From: Hemiscyllium ocellatum
Taxonomy: Eukaryota
DNA: 64,000 nt
Direction: 5' to 3'
Assembly: GCF_020745735.1 (NCBI RefSeq)
Contig: NC_083435.1
Location: forward strand, 38,713,090 to 38,777,089
Shown here: in pieces, positions 35,501 to 50,500 of the stretch
Layout of the letters: each line of letters starts with the position of its first letter
Numbering within the stretch: position 1 is the stretch's first letter
Program-made: the position numbers and the translations under genes
Notes under the pieces: model-generated
What the model was told of the DNA's origin: nothing
Databases searched by the model: none
The model's input: the letters and a program-made list of their open reading frames with translations, nothing else

Positions 35501-38500
35501 CAACAGTGAAATCATGGCTGTATTGTGAAAGGTTAAACAGTGATGTGTATTTGTTATCCATAAAGAACCATACCCTCATAAATATGTTGCAGATCTTCCC
35601 ATATTTGTTCACAAACCCATTACTTATAAGTACTGCAAACATCATTCCAACTTGTATCATTTGCAATGTTTTTGCCCACTCCAATCAGTTTACTGATAGT
35701 CCCCACATGACTCTCCAATATAGTGGTCAGGCTCCATACTATTTATGTCAGGCCTTGACCTGCTCCTGACTTGGTGTCACTTGACCCTAAAAGTTTCCTT
35801 AAATTGTGAAATTCGGGTTTGAACTCAATTAACTGTTAGTGTTCCAGTGTTGAATACTGTAGTGGTATCATTTATCAGATCAGGTTTCAGTCTGTTTTTC
35901 TCCTGGTCTACCAGCAATGTTCCACCATTCAACTGAGCTTGTAGCATTAACTGACCCATTAAAGTCTTACGGTTTGAGCATCGTGGGGGCAGGGTTATGT
36001 TGGACAGGTTTATGACAATGGATACCAACTGCTGATACACATTATCATACAAGATCCTATCATGAATTAACACAAGTCAATTTCCAGTAAATTAAAACAT
36101 ACACTAGACTAGTTAAATTTGGGAACTTAACCCAGTCTCTCCAAGTAATCTCCAGCCATCATCTATATGTGTCAAATGCACTATTACTTGCTCTCCAACA
36201 GTTACATTTAGTATTCAATATTGAGTGTTGAACTCCGTATTACTTGTGGTGCACTATCATCCAATCAGTTGTGGGAAGTTTGTTGGGTAGTACTCCTCAT
36301 TCCCTCTGCTACAAACACCAATCCGTGTAACATAAAATGTTCTATAAATTAAACAGATCACCATCCTGGTCATCCCTGGTTTTCTGGATAAATTCTGCAA
36401 AACAAAATGAAAAAAAATGTATAAAACGCTTCAGCAGTCACCAGCTTTCCAGTGCCATTTTCCTTTTATGACTATGTAAACACATTTATCACTTTCATCA
36501 GTCGTTTTCTTAGCTCCACACTCCCTGTTAAGACACCCCTTGCCAATCTTACTGCTGTGCCTGTCATTAACTTGTATGGAGTCATTCTGCTGGGTGTCAG
36601 CTTAAGCCCCAACAGACTACTAAATAATAAATCTGCCCACCCTGTCATAGATGGCCTTGATCAATGCTTTCTTCAGCATTCTATTCATTCATTTGACTGT
36701 GCCTGAATTTTGTGGATGGTAAGGGACATGGACCTTTTGTTTTATGTCCAGCCATTTACAGATTGTCCCCATAAAATGTGTTCCCATTTTCCCAAATAGA
36801 TCTGAATCTATTTGAAATGGCATTCCCAAACACATCCTCTGACATTTACCAAACAATTATAGCTGACCAGTCTAGTGTGGGAAATGCTTCTACCCTGGAT
36901 GTAAGTTTGCTTGCCAAGCTGGAAGGTTTGTTTTCAGATGTTTCATCACCACACTAGCTAACATCATTAGTGAGCCTCCAGTGAATCACTGGCATTAGTG
37001 ACCCACTTTCTATTTATGTGTTTAGATTTCCTTGGGTTAGTGATGTCATTTCCTGTTCTTTTTCTCTGAGGGAGGTAGTTGGGATCTAAATCGATGTGTT
37101 TGTTGATGGCATTCCAACCGGAACTCTATGCATGTCTCTGTTTGGCTTGTCCAAGGATGGATGTGCTGTCCCAGTCGAAGTGGTGTCCTTCCTCATCTAT
37201 ATGTAAGGATATCAGTGAGAGAGGGTCATGACTTTTTGTGGCTAGTTGATGTTCATGTATCTTGGTGGTTAGTTTTCTGCATGTCTGTCCAAATGTAGCG
37301 TTTGTTACCTTTCTTGGAAGGTATTTTGTAAATGATATTAGTTTTGCTTGTTGTCTGTATGGGATCTTTTAAGTTCATGAGTTGCTGTTTTAGTGTGTTG
37401 GTGGGTTTGTGGGCTACTATGATGCCAAGGGGTCTGAGTAGTCTGGCAGTCATTTCTGAGATGTCTTTGATGGAGGGGAGAGTGACGAGTGGAGGGTGAC
37501 GCTTTTTTGTCTGCTTGTTTGGGTTTGTTGCTGAGAAATCGGCAGTCAATGTTCATTGGGTATCCATTGTTTTTCAATACATTGTATAGGTGATTTTCCT
37601 CTGCTCTGCATAGTTCCTCTGTGCTGCTGTGAATTGTGGCTCATTGACATAATGTTCTAATGCAGCTTCCATTGCGGGTGTTGTGGGTAAACAGAAAGCG
37701 AGTCACTAACAGCAATGCTTCACTGAAGGCTCACTGATGATGTTACCTAGTATGGTGACAAAACATCTGAAAACAAACCTTCCAGCTCAGCGAGCAAATT
37801 TACATCCAGAATCCCAACCTGAGCTACAAATCTTCTCAAAACCCACTAATGCTTGTACCCATCTGGTAAAATGGTCAATGATGAATGAACAGTTTTGCTT
37901 CCCCCATTTGATGGAAAAGGTCCCATGGAATCTATCAGCATTTGTTGCCATGACCCACCTCAGATGCGACAACAGACTTTAAGGATCATTCTGGTTTATA
38001 CTGTGCACATGTCAGACATTGCTGACAATATTTGGTGACATCTCTTCCCTTCTCTGCCACCCACCTGCACCTTCCTATCCAGCTCCATGATATATTTTCA
38101 AATCAGATTTTACCTTATATATCCCATCTTTTTACCAAATTTCTACTTTTAAGTGCCTCCTCTCTTTCTCAATGATTTCTTTCTTCTTCATCAGCGTCTC
38201 TGTATAACTTTACCCCATTTACCTCCTCACTCCAATTGTTGCTGTGTCCCTCAGGTAGCCCAGACTAGTTGCTGTCACCTCCTTAGTGCCTGAATCTAAA
38301 CATTGCCCAATTCAGTGCAGTGCCACCTTCTGCTGGGCTTTGACCTTTATCATTGCTACCTCTCTAATGTAACTTTGTAGCCTCCGCTGCCATCCTTACC
38401 TGATCTGGCCTACATGTGGATCTAGACCTTCAGCAATGTGGTTGACTCTCAGCTACCCTCTGAGCAATTAGGGGATAAACATTAAAGCCAGGTCTTCATC

Positions 38501-41500
38501 CCATGAATTTTAAAGTGGAGCAGGAGTAGACCACTAAGTCCATCATGCCAACTCCACCATGAACTAAGATCATGGCTGGTCAGCTTTTGACCTTAACTAC
38601 CTACTGCCCCATTACCATTGTTAATCAAAAACTTAATTTAGCATTGAATAGTTTCAAAGACCCATTCTCCACAGCGAACAAAGGAAGGGATTCCAAAGAG
38701 GAGAAAGTGAGGTCTGCAGATGCTGGAGATCAGAGCTGAAAATGTGTTGCTGGAAAAGCGCAGCAGGTCAGGCAGCATCCAAGGAACAGGAGATTCGACG
38801 TTTCGGGCATAAGCCCTTCTTCAGGAATGAGGAAATTGTGTCCAGCAGACTAAGATAAAAGGTAGGGAGGAGGGACTTGGGGGAGGGGCGTTGGAGATGT
38901 GATAGGTGGAAGGAGGTCAAGGTGAGGGTGATAGGCCGGAGTGGGGTGGGGGCGGAGAGGTCAGGAAGAAGATTTCAGGTTAGGAGGGCGGTGCTGAGTT
39001 CGAGGGATTTGACTGAGACAAGGTGGGGGGAGGGGAAATGAGGAAACTGGAGAAGGGATTCCAAAGACAAGCGAACCTCTGAGAAGAGAAAACCCTCCTC
39101 ATCTGTTATATTTTTAAACTGTGCCCCTTAGCTTAAGATCCCTCCATGATCAGAAGCATCCTCCCCCTTTTACCCCCTCAACATCTTATGTATTTCAATA
39201 ACATTACCTCTTATTCTTCTAAATTCCAACCTGATGAACCTTTTCTCATAGGATAACCCCTATGTCCCAGGAACCAGCCTTTTAAACCTTTATGACCATA
39301 ATTAAAATTAGATGAAACTTAAATAACTATCTGAAATAACTACACAGAGGCCGGTATCCCATCATCAAGTCCCCCTTTATTTCCTTTGAGTCAATCTCCT
39401 GACCTGACGAAATTCTAAATCTCTTGGTTATGTATATATTTTTGTATTTGCATTTCAGACAGTTTATTCTACACACATTCACAATGACACAGAGCAGCTG
39501 TAGGAGCATCCCAAAGACTTTATTTTGAACTAGAGATACTATGTACACTAAGTGCCATGTGGTGACCGGACTTCTGAAACATTGGGCTCATGGATCTGAA
39601 GGGGTGCCTTCATCTCATCATGAGAACAGATAATGGGGGCTGGGGGTGGCAGGTACCAGTGGGGTGGGAAAGAAGAGGCACAGACAGATGTCTAGTTGGT
39701 TTTGAGGGAAAGTAAAGATCCATTAGGCTAACCTGCAACTGAATGAATTTGACTGTCGGACAACATGGGCTAAATTATTCAGCTTGAAGAAACACAACAA
39801 CTCTAATCTGTACCACAGAGCCAGTAGTGATAGCCCCCTGTGACAACCCTGGAAAGGAATTTACCAAGGTGGCAAAACCTTGAACCTGACAAGGGTGACA
39901 TTTCTCCACAGCCCGAGTTTGTTCATGTGGAATCTGAGGAGCTGCCTTCACCTTTTGGTTCATTTCTAATGGCAAGGCCCTCCCTGGCCTCTTTCATTCA
40001 ATCCTGTAATCACTCCATACAATATCCTACCAGCTCACTTTACTATCTCCTTCCCATTACACAATCCTCCTGTGAGACCCAAAGAGTGGCTGATAGAGAC
40101 AGTGTAGAGGGACCTTTATTCTATCTAATCCCATGCTGTACCTGTGCTGGTAGTGTTCAATGGGCACTGTGTAGAGGGAACTTTACTTTCTGTAGCTATC
40201 CTGCAAGTGTTTGATCTGGACATTGGGTTCCTAAAATGAACAGCACAAGTCTTCTCTGAACTTTTGATAAAGTCAACTACACAAGATGGTTCGGACAGCA
40301 GCACTACATTTCAATATACTCGATCAAGACAGGAAGCATTTGTAAAGACACTGTGCTCCATCATGCGGTTGCAAGCAGCCAACATCCAGACAAACCTCCA
40401 AACAGCCAAATCCTGTTATTGCCCACCCCCAACTATATATCCAGGGATATAGACCTGGTCTTTCTCTTGTAGCTTCTCTTGCGATGTTTTTCCCAGGTCG
40501 TATTCCTCTAATTCAGACTCAGACACAGGAGGACCGTGCCCATATTTTGCATCCAGAATGTCTTGGGAGAATTTCCTCCTCTTCATTTGGCAGTAATGGT
40601 ATCAAAGCTGTATTCATTTCAGACTCTGAGGTTTACTTGACACTAGATGGAGGGAGTGCACCTGCAGTTCCTGACAAGCATTTCTGGCTGTTCTGAGAGG
40701 CCAGGTATGTTTTGCTGCAGACTTTTTGTGAGGTAACAGCTTTCAGGTGATTCACATGTTTTTTTTTGGACTGTGTCACCCACCCGAACTTCGTAAGTCA
40801 CGGGATCTGATGTCACATCAACCTCATCTCATATCCATACAGGTTCATTTTCATGGTTCTGGTACAAACCTCATCCCTGGATTAAATTGTCTCTCTTGCT
40901 TAAGGAGGCCTGTGGCCAGCATTGGTGCTCCTGCTGCCCTTTCACCTCTGCTCCCCAGGTCTGGGTATATCAGGTTTAATCTGGTGTGGAGTCTTCTGCC
41001 CAACAGCAACTTTGCTAGAGTTATCCCTGTTGTTGCGTGTTGGGTGATACTATTATTGAACAGGAACTGGGACAGTTTGGTCTCAAGTGACGCTGTAGGC
41101 TGCTCCTTCAAGCCCACCTTCAATGGTTGGACCACTCTTTCTGCTATCTGTTGGATGATAGATGCTATGGATGTGTCCTTATGTGTCAAATGCCATTGGA
41201 CTTTAGGAAATATTCAAATTCCCTGATAATAAATGTTGTCCCATTGTCCATTACCAAAACTTCATGCAGTTGTGTATCGTAAATGATACTCATCCCTGAG
41301 GTTACCGAACAAACTTTATGTATATCTAATCACTTTGACCAGGAACATTGACGCCATGAAAGGACCAGTATAGTTGACATATATCTGAGTCCAGGGCTTA
41401 CCTGGCAATCCCACAAATATGTGGGTGCCGCTGGTGGTAATTTTTCTCCTTTTGGCGCTCTGGGCACTGCCCACCAATATAGCTGTGTCAACCCCAGGCA

Positions 41501-44500
41501 CCAGACATAGCTTCTTACAAACATCTACATCTTGGAAACCCCTGGATTGCCCTGGTGAAGTTTGGCCAGTATCTGGCAGGGACCTGTCCTTGGGACAATT
41601 ACAGGAATATGCCATCCTCTGCACTAATCTGATCTCACCAGCTCCAAAAAAGGTTTCAATCTTGGTTGCAGTGGGCTTTCTGTTTTCCTCATTATCACCA
41701 GCTGTTTGAGTTTTGCAAAGATAGGATCTTTTTGTGTCCAGATATTGTCCACAGTGACTGGAAAGTGGTCCAGAAAACTTAAAATCAAAATGGACTATTC
41801 CATGGAGATACCATTGGTGGAATACCAGCAGCTGTAAGGGTGCCAAGATGGAGGCCAGGTTATGTGTGAACTTTCAGTAGTAGTTAATTTATTAGTCCTA
41901 CCTTGTCCCTGCCTGCCCTGACTTTGACTCGCTTCTGTTCTCAACTGTACCAGTCTCAGATTGATCTCTTTCCTCATTATCTCCCTGGGTGTTTCCGCTT
42001 CCCCCCCCCCCCCCCACCCCCCACCCTTCTTACTAGTTTAAATCCTCCCAAGCAGCTCTAGCATATCTCCCTGCCAGTATATTAGTCCTCTTCCAATTTA
42101 GGTGCAATCTGTCTTCCTTGTACAGGTCACTTCTACCCTAAAAGAGATTCCAATGATCCAAACATGTGAATTCTTCCCCCAAACACCAGCTCCTCAGCCA
42201 TGCATTCATCTGCTCTATCCTCCCATTCCTGCTCTCACCAGCTCGTGGCACTGGGAGTAATCCAGATATTATTACTCTCGAGGACCTCTTTTTTAAATTT
42301 TCTGCCTAACTCTCTGTAATCTCCCTTCAGAATCTCAACCTTTTCCCTTCCTATGTCGTTGGTTCCAATGTGGAGAATGACTTTTGCTGGCCCCTCTCCC
42401 CCGTGAGAACACTCTGCACCCTCCCTGAGACATCCTTGATCCTGGCACCAGGGAAGCAACACACCATTCTGATTTTTCTGTGCTGGCCACACAAACGCCT
42501 GTCTGTACCACAGACTAGAGAGTCCCCTAATACAATTGATCTCTTGGAACCCGACATACCCCTCGTTGCATTAGAGCCAGTCTCAGAAACTTGGCTGTTT
42601 ATGCTATGTTCCCCTGAGAATCCATCACCCCCTACATTTTCCAAAACAGCATACCTGTTTGAAGTGGGTATATCCACAAAAGACTCCTGCACTAGCTGCC
42701 TACCTCTCACACCCTTCCTGGAGTTAACCCATCTCTGTGACTGTATCTGAGACATACCCCCTTCCTATATCTGCCATCCATCACATACTGTTGCTGTTCC
42801 AAATTCCTCATTGCTTCTAACTGTCTCTCCAACCGATCCATTCAAGCTGATAAGATTCACACCAACAGTATTTATGGCAGATATAATCCGCAGTAACCCT
42901 TAAATTCTCTTTAAACTCTCACATCTGACAAGAAGCACATATCACTCTACTAAAGGCCATTTTTGCTCCTTCACAATCTACAGACCCAGAAAATAACACC
43001 ATCTTATTCCTCCACAAAACACTGCTCCAGGTTAAATTAATAGTTATGGCTTATATTTTAAGTTTAATCAAGAGACATATCTCAAAAACATATAATCAAG
43101 AAATAATCCACTCTACTCACTACTGCAGACTTTCTGTAGGTCACGCTTAAAATCAATACATATCTGCTTCTGTGCTGTGAACTTCACCCAAACAGTTCCT
43201 CCAAGATTAGTTGTGAAATTCACTGATTGTTAATTTTCCCCGACTCACTCCGATGTCCAGCGATACATGCATTCAAACAGCAAAGGCAGTAACTGTGCAG
43301 GTTCACTGCTGTGTCAGTTTGTTTCTCTCTCTCCAGCACGGTCCTCACCATGTGCTTCCTTTGTCTGCTTTTCTCCCTTTTAAAACTGCTGTTGTTTTGA
43401 CTTTTTTCCCCAAAGTTCCAAAACAATGCAACAGCATATAAAACAGTAATTGCTGCTCCTGGAATTTGAGGAAATCACCTCCAACACCTAAAATACCTCA
43501 AAAAAGGAGCAACTGTTATAGCCAGAAATTTTTCCCATCCTCCATCTTGGATTACCCAGAATCCATTGCTACAAGATGATTAGGGATTTAGATAGGGTTG
43601 ACCATGAGAACCTTTTTCCACGTATGGAGTCAGCTATTACGAGGGGGCTTTCCATTAAATTAAGGGGTGGTAGGTATAGGACTGATGTTAGGGGTAGATT
43701 CTTTACTCAGCGAGTCGTGAGTTCATGGAATGCCCTGCCAATAACAGTGGTGGACTCTCCCTCTTTATGGGCATTTAAACGGGCATTGGATAGGCATATG
43801 GAGGAAAGTGGGCTAGTGTAGGTTAGGTGGGCTTGGATCGGCACAACATCGAGGGCCGAAGGGCCTGTACTGCGCTGTATTTTTCTATGTTCTATGTTCT
43901 ATTAGGACTTCCTTGAGGCAGCTGTTTCCAAACTTAAAAATGTTGAGCCAATATAGGTCAATCTTTCTCAACCAATTTCACCCCAATAGGTTTGGGCCCA
44001 AGCCTCTTAATTCCATCAGTGGTAACTGCACCAACTGCTTCTCCCAAGAGACCGGAAGCAAAGTCATACACTTAATCTGTAATGGTTGCCCAGTGTATGT
44101 TCTCAGTCTGGCTGAGGTCTTATGCAAATTTAAGGGTTGGAGTCTTGAGTGAACCTTGTTAAAGACAGATTCTGCAACCATAGGTACAACTGCACCAGTA
44201 TCAACCTCCATGGGAACTGGGTGACTATTTAACCAAACATCAATTTTAATTGGTTCTGATTTGGATGTCACTAAGCAATTTCATTGTCCCGATCCACATG
44301 TAAGGGGACTTTCCAGAGTATGCACTTTCCTAGGTACCAGCCCACGAGTTTTCTTACTCAAGTCAGGCCTTGTAGGACTCCTTTGCGGTCTCGAATCCAC
44401 ATACCCGCAGCAATTACAATGGCTTCCTGGCCCAGATCCTGAAGCACATTTTAGCCAGGTAAAAACAATGACTGCAGATGCTGGAAACCAGATTCTGGAT

Positions 44501-47500
44501 TAGTGGTGCTGGAAGAGCACAGCAGTTCAGGCAGCATCTGAGGAGCAGTAAAATCGACGTTTCGGGCAAAAAGCCTTCATCAGGAATAGAGGCAGAGAGC
44601 CTAAAGGGTGGAGAGATAAGCTAGAGGAGGGTGGGGGTGGGGAGAAAGTAGCATAGAGTACAATAGGTGAGTGGGGGAGGGGATGAAGGTGATAGGTCGG
44701 GGGGAGGGGGAGGGTGGAATGGATAGGTGGAAAAGAAGATAGGCAGGTAGGACAAGTCATGGGGACAGTGCTGAGCTGGAAGTTTGGAACTAGGGTGAGG
44801 TGGGGGAAGGGGAAATGAGGAAACTGTTGAAGTCCACATTGATGCCCTGGGGTTGAAGTGTTCTAAGGCGGAAGATGAGGCGTTCTGTCTCCAGACGTCT
44901 GGTGGTGAGGGAGCGGCGGTGAAGGAGGCCCAGGACCTCCATGTCCTCGGCAGAGTGGGAGGGGGAGTTGAAATGTTGGGCCACAGGGCAGTGTGGTTGA
45001 TTGGTGCGGGTGTCCTGGAGATGTTCCCTAAAGCGCACTGCTACGCGGCGCCCAGTCTCCCCAATGTAGAGGAGACCGCATCGGGAGCAACGGATACAAT
45101 AAATCATATTGGTGGATGTGCAGGTAAAACTTTGGATTTGGAAAGTTCCTTTAAGGCCTTGGATGGAGGTGACGGAGGAGTGTGGGCGCAAGTTTTGCAA
45201 TTCCTGCCACCTGGTCACGACTCGGCTTGTTGTGGGGTTCTGCTGTGGGCTAACCTAGGGTCCGTCTGCTCAGGATATGTCCTGAGTGAGGCTATGCAAT
45301 TACCTACACTCAGATTGTATTCATCAAGCTCATTCGGATGGGTGAGGGAGTCTACTTCCAATGAAATATCCTGCAACTCATATGATCCACTTGTTGAATT
45401 TTCCAATGATAAAGCCAGTGGTAGTGCCTGTTTGAAGTCCAGTTGGGTTTCAGCTGTATGATTACTTCATGAATCCCACATAACAATTGGTCTCTCAGTA
45501 TCTCATTCAGGGTTAACCCAAAATCATACGCTTCTACCAGTCATCTTAATCTAGTCAAAAATTCCAATACAGATTCCCCTGATTCTCTAACAACTTAATA
45601 AAACTGATAGAGTCTCAGGATTACAGGAGGTTTGGGATCATAATATTCCTTGTTTGCAGTTACACTCTGCCATGGCTGACACCTGAATTGAGCTGGGACC
45701 AATGTTCCAGCAAAAAGGGTAAATAGGCTGGCCAACAGGAGTATAAATGAGGAATTGCAAGGGGTGGGGGTGAAACTTACCCAACTGGGAAACAAAGCAG
45801 CAGGTTCACATCTCTAGCGATGGATTCAACTGCATGGAAATATATGGCAGGTGTAACAGGAAAAGAGAACTCAGGAGAGGTTATTAAAGTCTCCAGCACA
45901 GACACAAGTAGGACAGAGTATTTGGAAAGGATTAGCAATCAAACTTGAAACACACTAGACAAACAAATGACAATGAGAAGAGGGACAGTTAATACAGGAC
46001 TGAAGGTGTTATACCTGAATGCATACAGTATGGGAAATAAGGTAAATGAGCTTGTAGTACTGATCAAAATTGACAGGTACGATGTGGTGGGCATCACACA
46101 GACGTGGCTGTAAGGGGATCAGGATTAGGAGCTGAATATTCAAGGATATACATCCTATCAAAGATAGGCAGATGGGCAGAGAGGGAGCGGTTGTCTTATT
46201 AGTAAGAAATGAAATTAATAGTAAGAAACAAAGTAGGGTCAGATGGTGTAGAATCTGTGTGGGTAGAATCGAGGAACTGCAAAGTTAAAAAAAAACATAG
46301 TTGGAGTTATGTACAGCCCTCCCAACAGTAGTCAGGAGCTGGAGTGCAAGATACACCAGGAGGTAGAAAAGATGTGTAGGAAATTCAAAGTTACAGTGAT
46401 CATGGGGGGCTTCAATGCGCAAGTTGGTAGTGGATTACAAGTAAAGGAATTTGTGGAATGTCTATGAGATAGCCTTTCAGAGCAGCTTGTAATGATGTCC
46501 ACCAGGGAACAGGCAATACTGGATGTAGTATTGTGCAATGAAGCAGACTTGATAATGGAGCTTAAGGTGAAGGAACCCTAAGGAGGCAGTGATTGTAATA
46601 TGATTGAATTTACTCTGCAATTTGTGAGGGAGAAGATAGAATCAGAGGTAACAGTATTACCGCTAAATAAAAGCAATTACAGAGGCATTAGGGGAGAGTT
46701 GGATAGAATTGACTGGGAGAGGAACAGGAATGGCAGGAGTTTCTGGGAGTAATTCAGGAGAGATTCATCCCGAGGGAAAAGAAGGATGGTACAGGGAGGA
46801 TAAAGCAACCACGGCTGACTAGGAAAGTCAGGGATAGCATAAAAGCAAAATAAAAAACATATAATGTGGCGAAGGGCAATGGGAAACCAGGGGGATTGGG
46901 GAGCTAACACAGGGCAACAAAAAAAGGAGGGAGAAAATCAAATATAAGGGTAAGCTAGCCAGTAATAGAAAGGAAGACCTTAGGAGTTTCTTTTGATATA
47001 TAAAGGGCAAAAGAGAGGCAAAACTGGACATTGGATCGCTGGAAAATGATGCTGGAGGTGATAGTACTGGGGAACAAGGAAATGGCTGACGAACTGAATA
47101 ATTACTTTGTGTCAGTCTTCATGGTGGAAGACATGAGTGATATCTCAAACATTCAAGAGAGTAAGGGAAGCAGAACTGAGTATGGTGGCCATCACCAAGG
47201 AGAAGGTGCTAGAAAAACTGAATGGCCTGAAGTGGATTAATCACCTGGACCAGATAGACTACACCCCAAAGTTCTAAGGGAGATAGCTGAAGTAATAGTA
47301 GAGGCATTATTGGTGATCTTCCTGGAATTGCTAGAATCAGCGATTAGGATTGGGAAATCACGAATGTGACACCCCTGTTTAAAAAGGGAGGAAGGCAAAA
47401 GACAGGAAATTACACATCGATTAGCCTAACCTCGGTTGTGGGTAAGATCCTGGAATTGATTGTGAAGGATGAGACTTCTGAATACTTGGAAGTGTATGGT

Positions 47501-50500
47501 AAAATAGGGCAAAGTCAGCATGGGGAGAGGTCATACCTGCCAAATCTTATAGAATTCTTTGAGGAAGTAATAAGCAGGTTATACCAAGGAGAACCAATGG
47601 ATGTTATCCGCCTAGACTTCAAGGCCTTTGACAAGGTGCCACACAGGAGGCTACTGAGTAAGGTAAGGGCCCATGGTGCCAAAGGCAAGGTGCCAGCATG
47701 GATAGAAGTTTGGCTGTTAGGCAGAAAGCAGAGAGTGGGAATAAAAGGGTCCTTCTCAGGATGGCAGCGCAGTGACAAGTGGTGTTCCATAAGGCTCAGT
47801 GTTGGGATCACAACTTTTCACTTATACATTAATGATTTAGATGAAGGAACTGAGGGCATTCTGTCTAAGTTTGAGATAATAGAGAAGGTCAGGTAGCATT
47901 GAGGAGGTGGGGAGGCTACAGAAGGATTTGGACTGAGTAGGAAAGTGGGCAAAGAAGTGGCAGATGGAATACAACATGGGAAAGTGTGAGATCATGCGCT
48001 TTGATTTTCTAAATGGGGAGAAAATTCAGAAATCTGAAGTGCAAAAAAACTTGGGAGTTCTAGTCCAGGATTCTCTCAAGGTAAACTTGCAGGTTAAGTC
48101 AGTAGTTAGTGAGGCAAATGCAATGACAATGTTTATTTTGAAAGGACTTGAATATAAAAGCAGGGATGGACTTCTGAGGCTCAATAAGGCTCTGGTCAGA
48201 CCACATTTGGAGTATTGTGCGCAGTTTTGGGCCCCATATCTCAGGAAGGATTTACTGGCCCTGGGGCGTGTTCAAAGGAGGTTCACGAGAATGGTCTGTA
48301 ATGACACAGTGGTTGAATCCCTTTATTAATAAAACCAAACACCCAGAAAAGCTCACCTCGCCTTGTAATCTATTAAAGATATGAGTGAGTGACAGAAAGT
48401 TCCTAATTTCCATTATTTAAAGAAAAATAACAATTTACTTTCCCAACAGAGCACTAAACAAAACTATTAACAAATTGAACACTCTTTCCCTTAACTGAAC
48501 ACAATCCTCTTAATATGCTGTTCCAATAATAGTTATTAAACATTACATTTTTAATCTCAAGTCCACACAGTCTCTGTCTTCTCTGCTGTCTTCAATCTTC
48601 CATTTTCTAATCTCCCTGGGCATCATCTTTCTTTTTACTGCATGTATGTTTTACAGGAAAAGATACCTTTTAATAGAGTGTCTTATAATTTCTTTGAGAG
48701 CAAGATGTTAGACGGGCAGTTAGCTCTCCAGCTCTATGGCAGTTACTCTGCTGTTTAGGGGAGTTGCTCTGACCAATTTTCAAAATGCCTGCATTTTTAT
48801 ACGCCCAACATTGTTCTCTCTCATTGGTCCGATGTTGTCAAAACAATAAGTTCAAACTTGATTGGGCTTTGGTATCCTGAGCGTAATTTAAAATAATTGG
48901 TTAAATTTGAGTTGCTGTCAAAACAGTAACCAAAACTCAGGTATCCCTTTAACAGCCAATTGGATCTATTTTGGAACAGCCCATCTCCCAGCCTTTCCAT
49001 TTAGGCAGCTGAGCCAGCACTTTAAGTTTATTTTAACATTCAGAAAACGCTCTCTACTTTAAAGTGAACATACATGCTTTTGACTTAGTAGCAGGTGCCA
49101 GGAATGAAAAGCTTACCATATGAGGAACTCTGGGTCTATACTCAATGGAGTTTAGAAGGATGATGGGGGATCTCATTGAAACTTACACAATACTGAATGT
49201 CCTGGACAGAGTAGATGTTGGGAAGATATTTCCATTCATAGGAGAGATTAGGACTCGGGGACACAACCTTTGAGTAAAGGGAAGACCTTTTAAGAATGGA
49301 GGTAAGGATAAACTTCTTCTGCCAGAATGGCGGATCTATGGAAATCATTGCTACAGAAGGCTGTGAAGGCCGGGTCATTGAGTATGTTTAAGCAGAGATA
49401 GATAATTTTTTTTGTTTCAAGGGGATCAAGGGTTATTAGGAGAAAGTGGGAGAATGGGGTTGAAAAATGTATGAGCCATGATTGAATGGTGGAGCGGACT
49501 CGATAGCCTGAATGGCTTAATTCCTGCTCCTATGTCTTATGGTCTGTCAACTCTTGAAAGGTTTTAGTGTCTGGTGCTTCTGGGAAAGTTAAGCCCTAAT
49601 AGCCAAAAATGCTGCAGGTCCACACACAGTCAGGATTACTCGTTGCTTTTCATCTGCCCCAATGTCATCTGCCCCAATGTCATCTGCTCCAATGTCATCT
49701 GCCCAGAAGAAATATTCCATTCTTTCCACACACTAGACCCAGTCTTTGACAACAGAATCAAACAAGTCAAGGTTCCCAAATTAAGGCATGATGCCAGAAA
49801 TGCTTACCTCATCTCCAATATGACAGTTAAAAGCGAATGTTCTTCAGGTTTTCTCCAACGTCGCCAATGAAATAACTGTACAGAGGCTGGTATTCCATCA
49901 TCAAGTCCCCCTTTATTTACTTGTGCACAGTACACTGGCTGTGGCCAGTCAGCTTGGAGTCAGTCCCTGAACTGAGGAAATTCTAAATCTCCTGGTTATA
50001 TACATATTCATTTTTATCTCCTATTTATACTTTTTATTTAAACGCTATACAAATTGAAAATACATATGACACAAACAGTTAACAGTAAAAGAAAACAGAA
50101 AAAATAAGTCTTGAAAACAAATGCCTCAAGTCCTCCTATAACCAACAGGAAAAGCAGTACACAGAACCAACAAAATAAATCACATCATAATCCTCCAAAT
50201 AAAAACACATAGTGAACAGCCAAAAAAACTGCACAAAAGGAAACCCAGTGTACATATGGAAACACAACTCAATCACAACCTGCACAATAAGGTACAGTGC
50301 AAACACAATATACACATAAAGGTAAAATGCCAGCAGTGAGGGGACAGAGTCCACTCACAAAACAGGGGCTGCCCCTGACAGAGAGGCCGGTCCCAGAGTC
50401 CACCATCCAACCCAGAATCCACTTCCCAAACTGTAACCTGCCTCCCACAGCAGAGTTCGCACCCCATAGCAGGGGTTCCTCCCATCAGCAGGATACACAT

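Larger units (their letters stand above)
39330..45470 (-). mobile_element. Nested Gypsy-type LTR retrotransposon remnants
   Basis: Protease VPMEVDTGA (about 44200); integrase remnants at 41316-41846 and 40851-41189; LTR end tgaaataac at about 39332; interrupted by CR1 and PLE copies. Confidence 0.7.
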
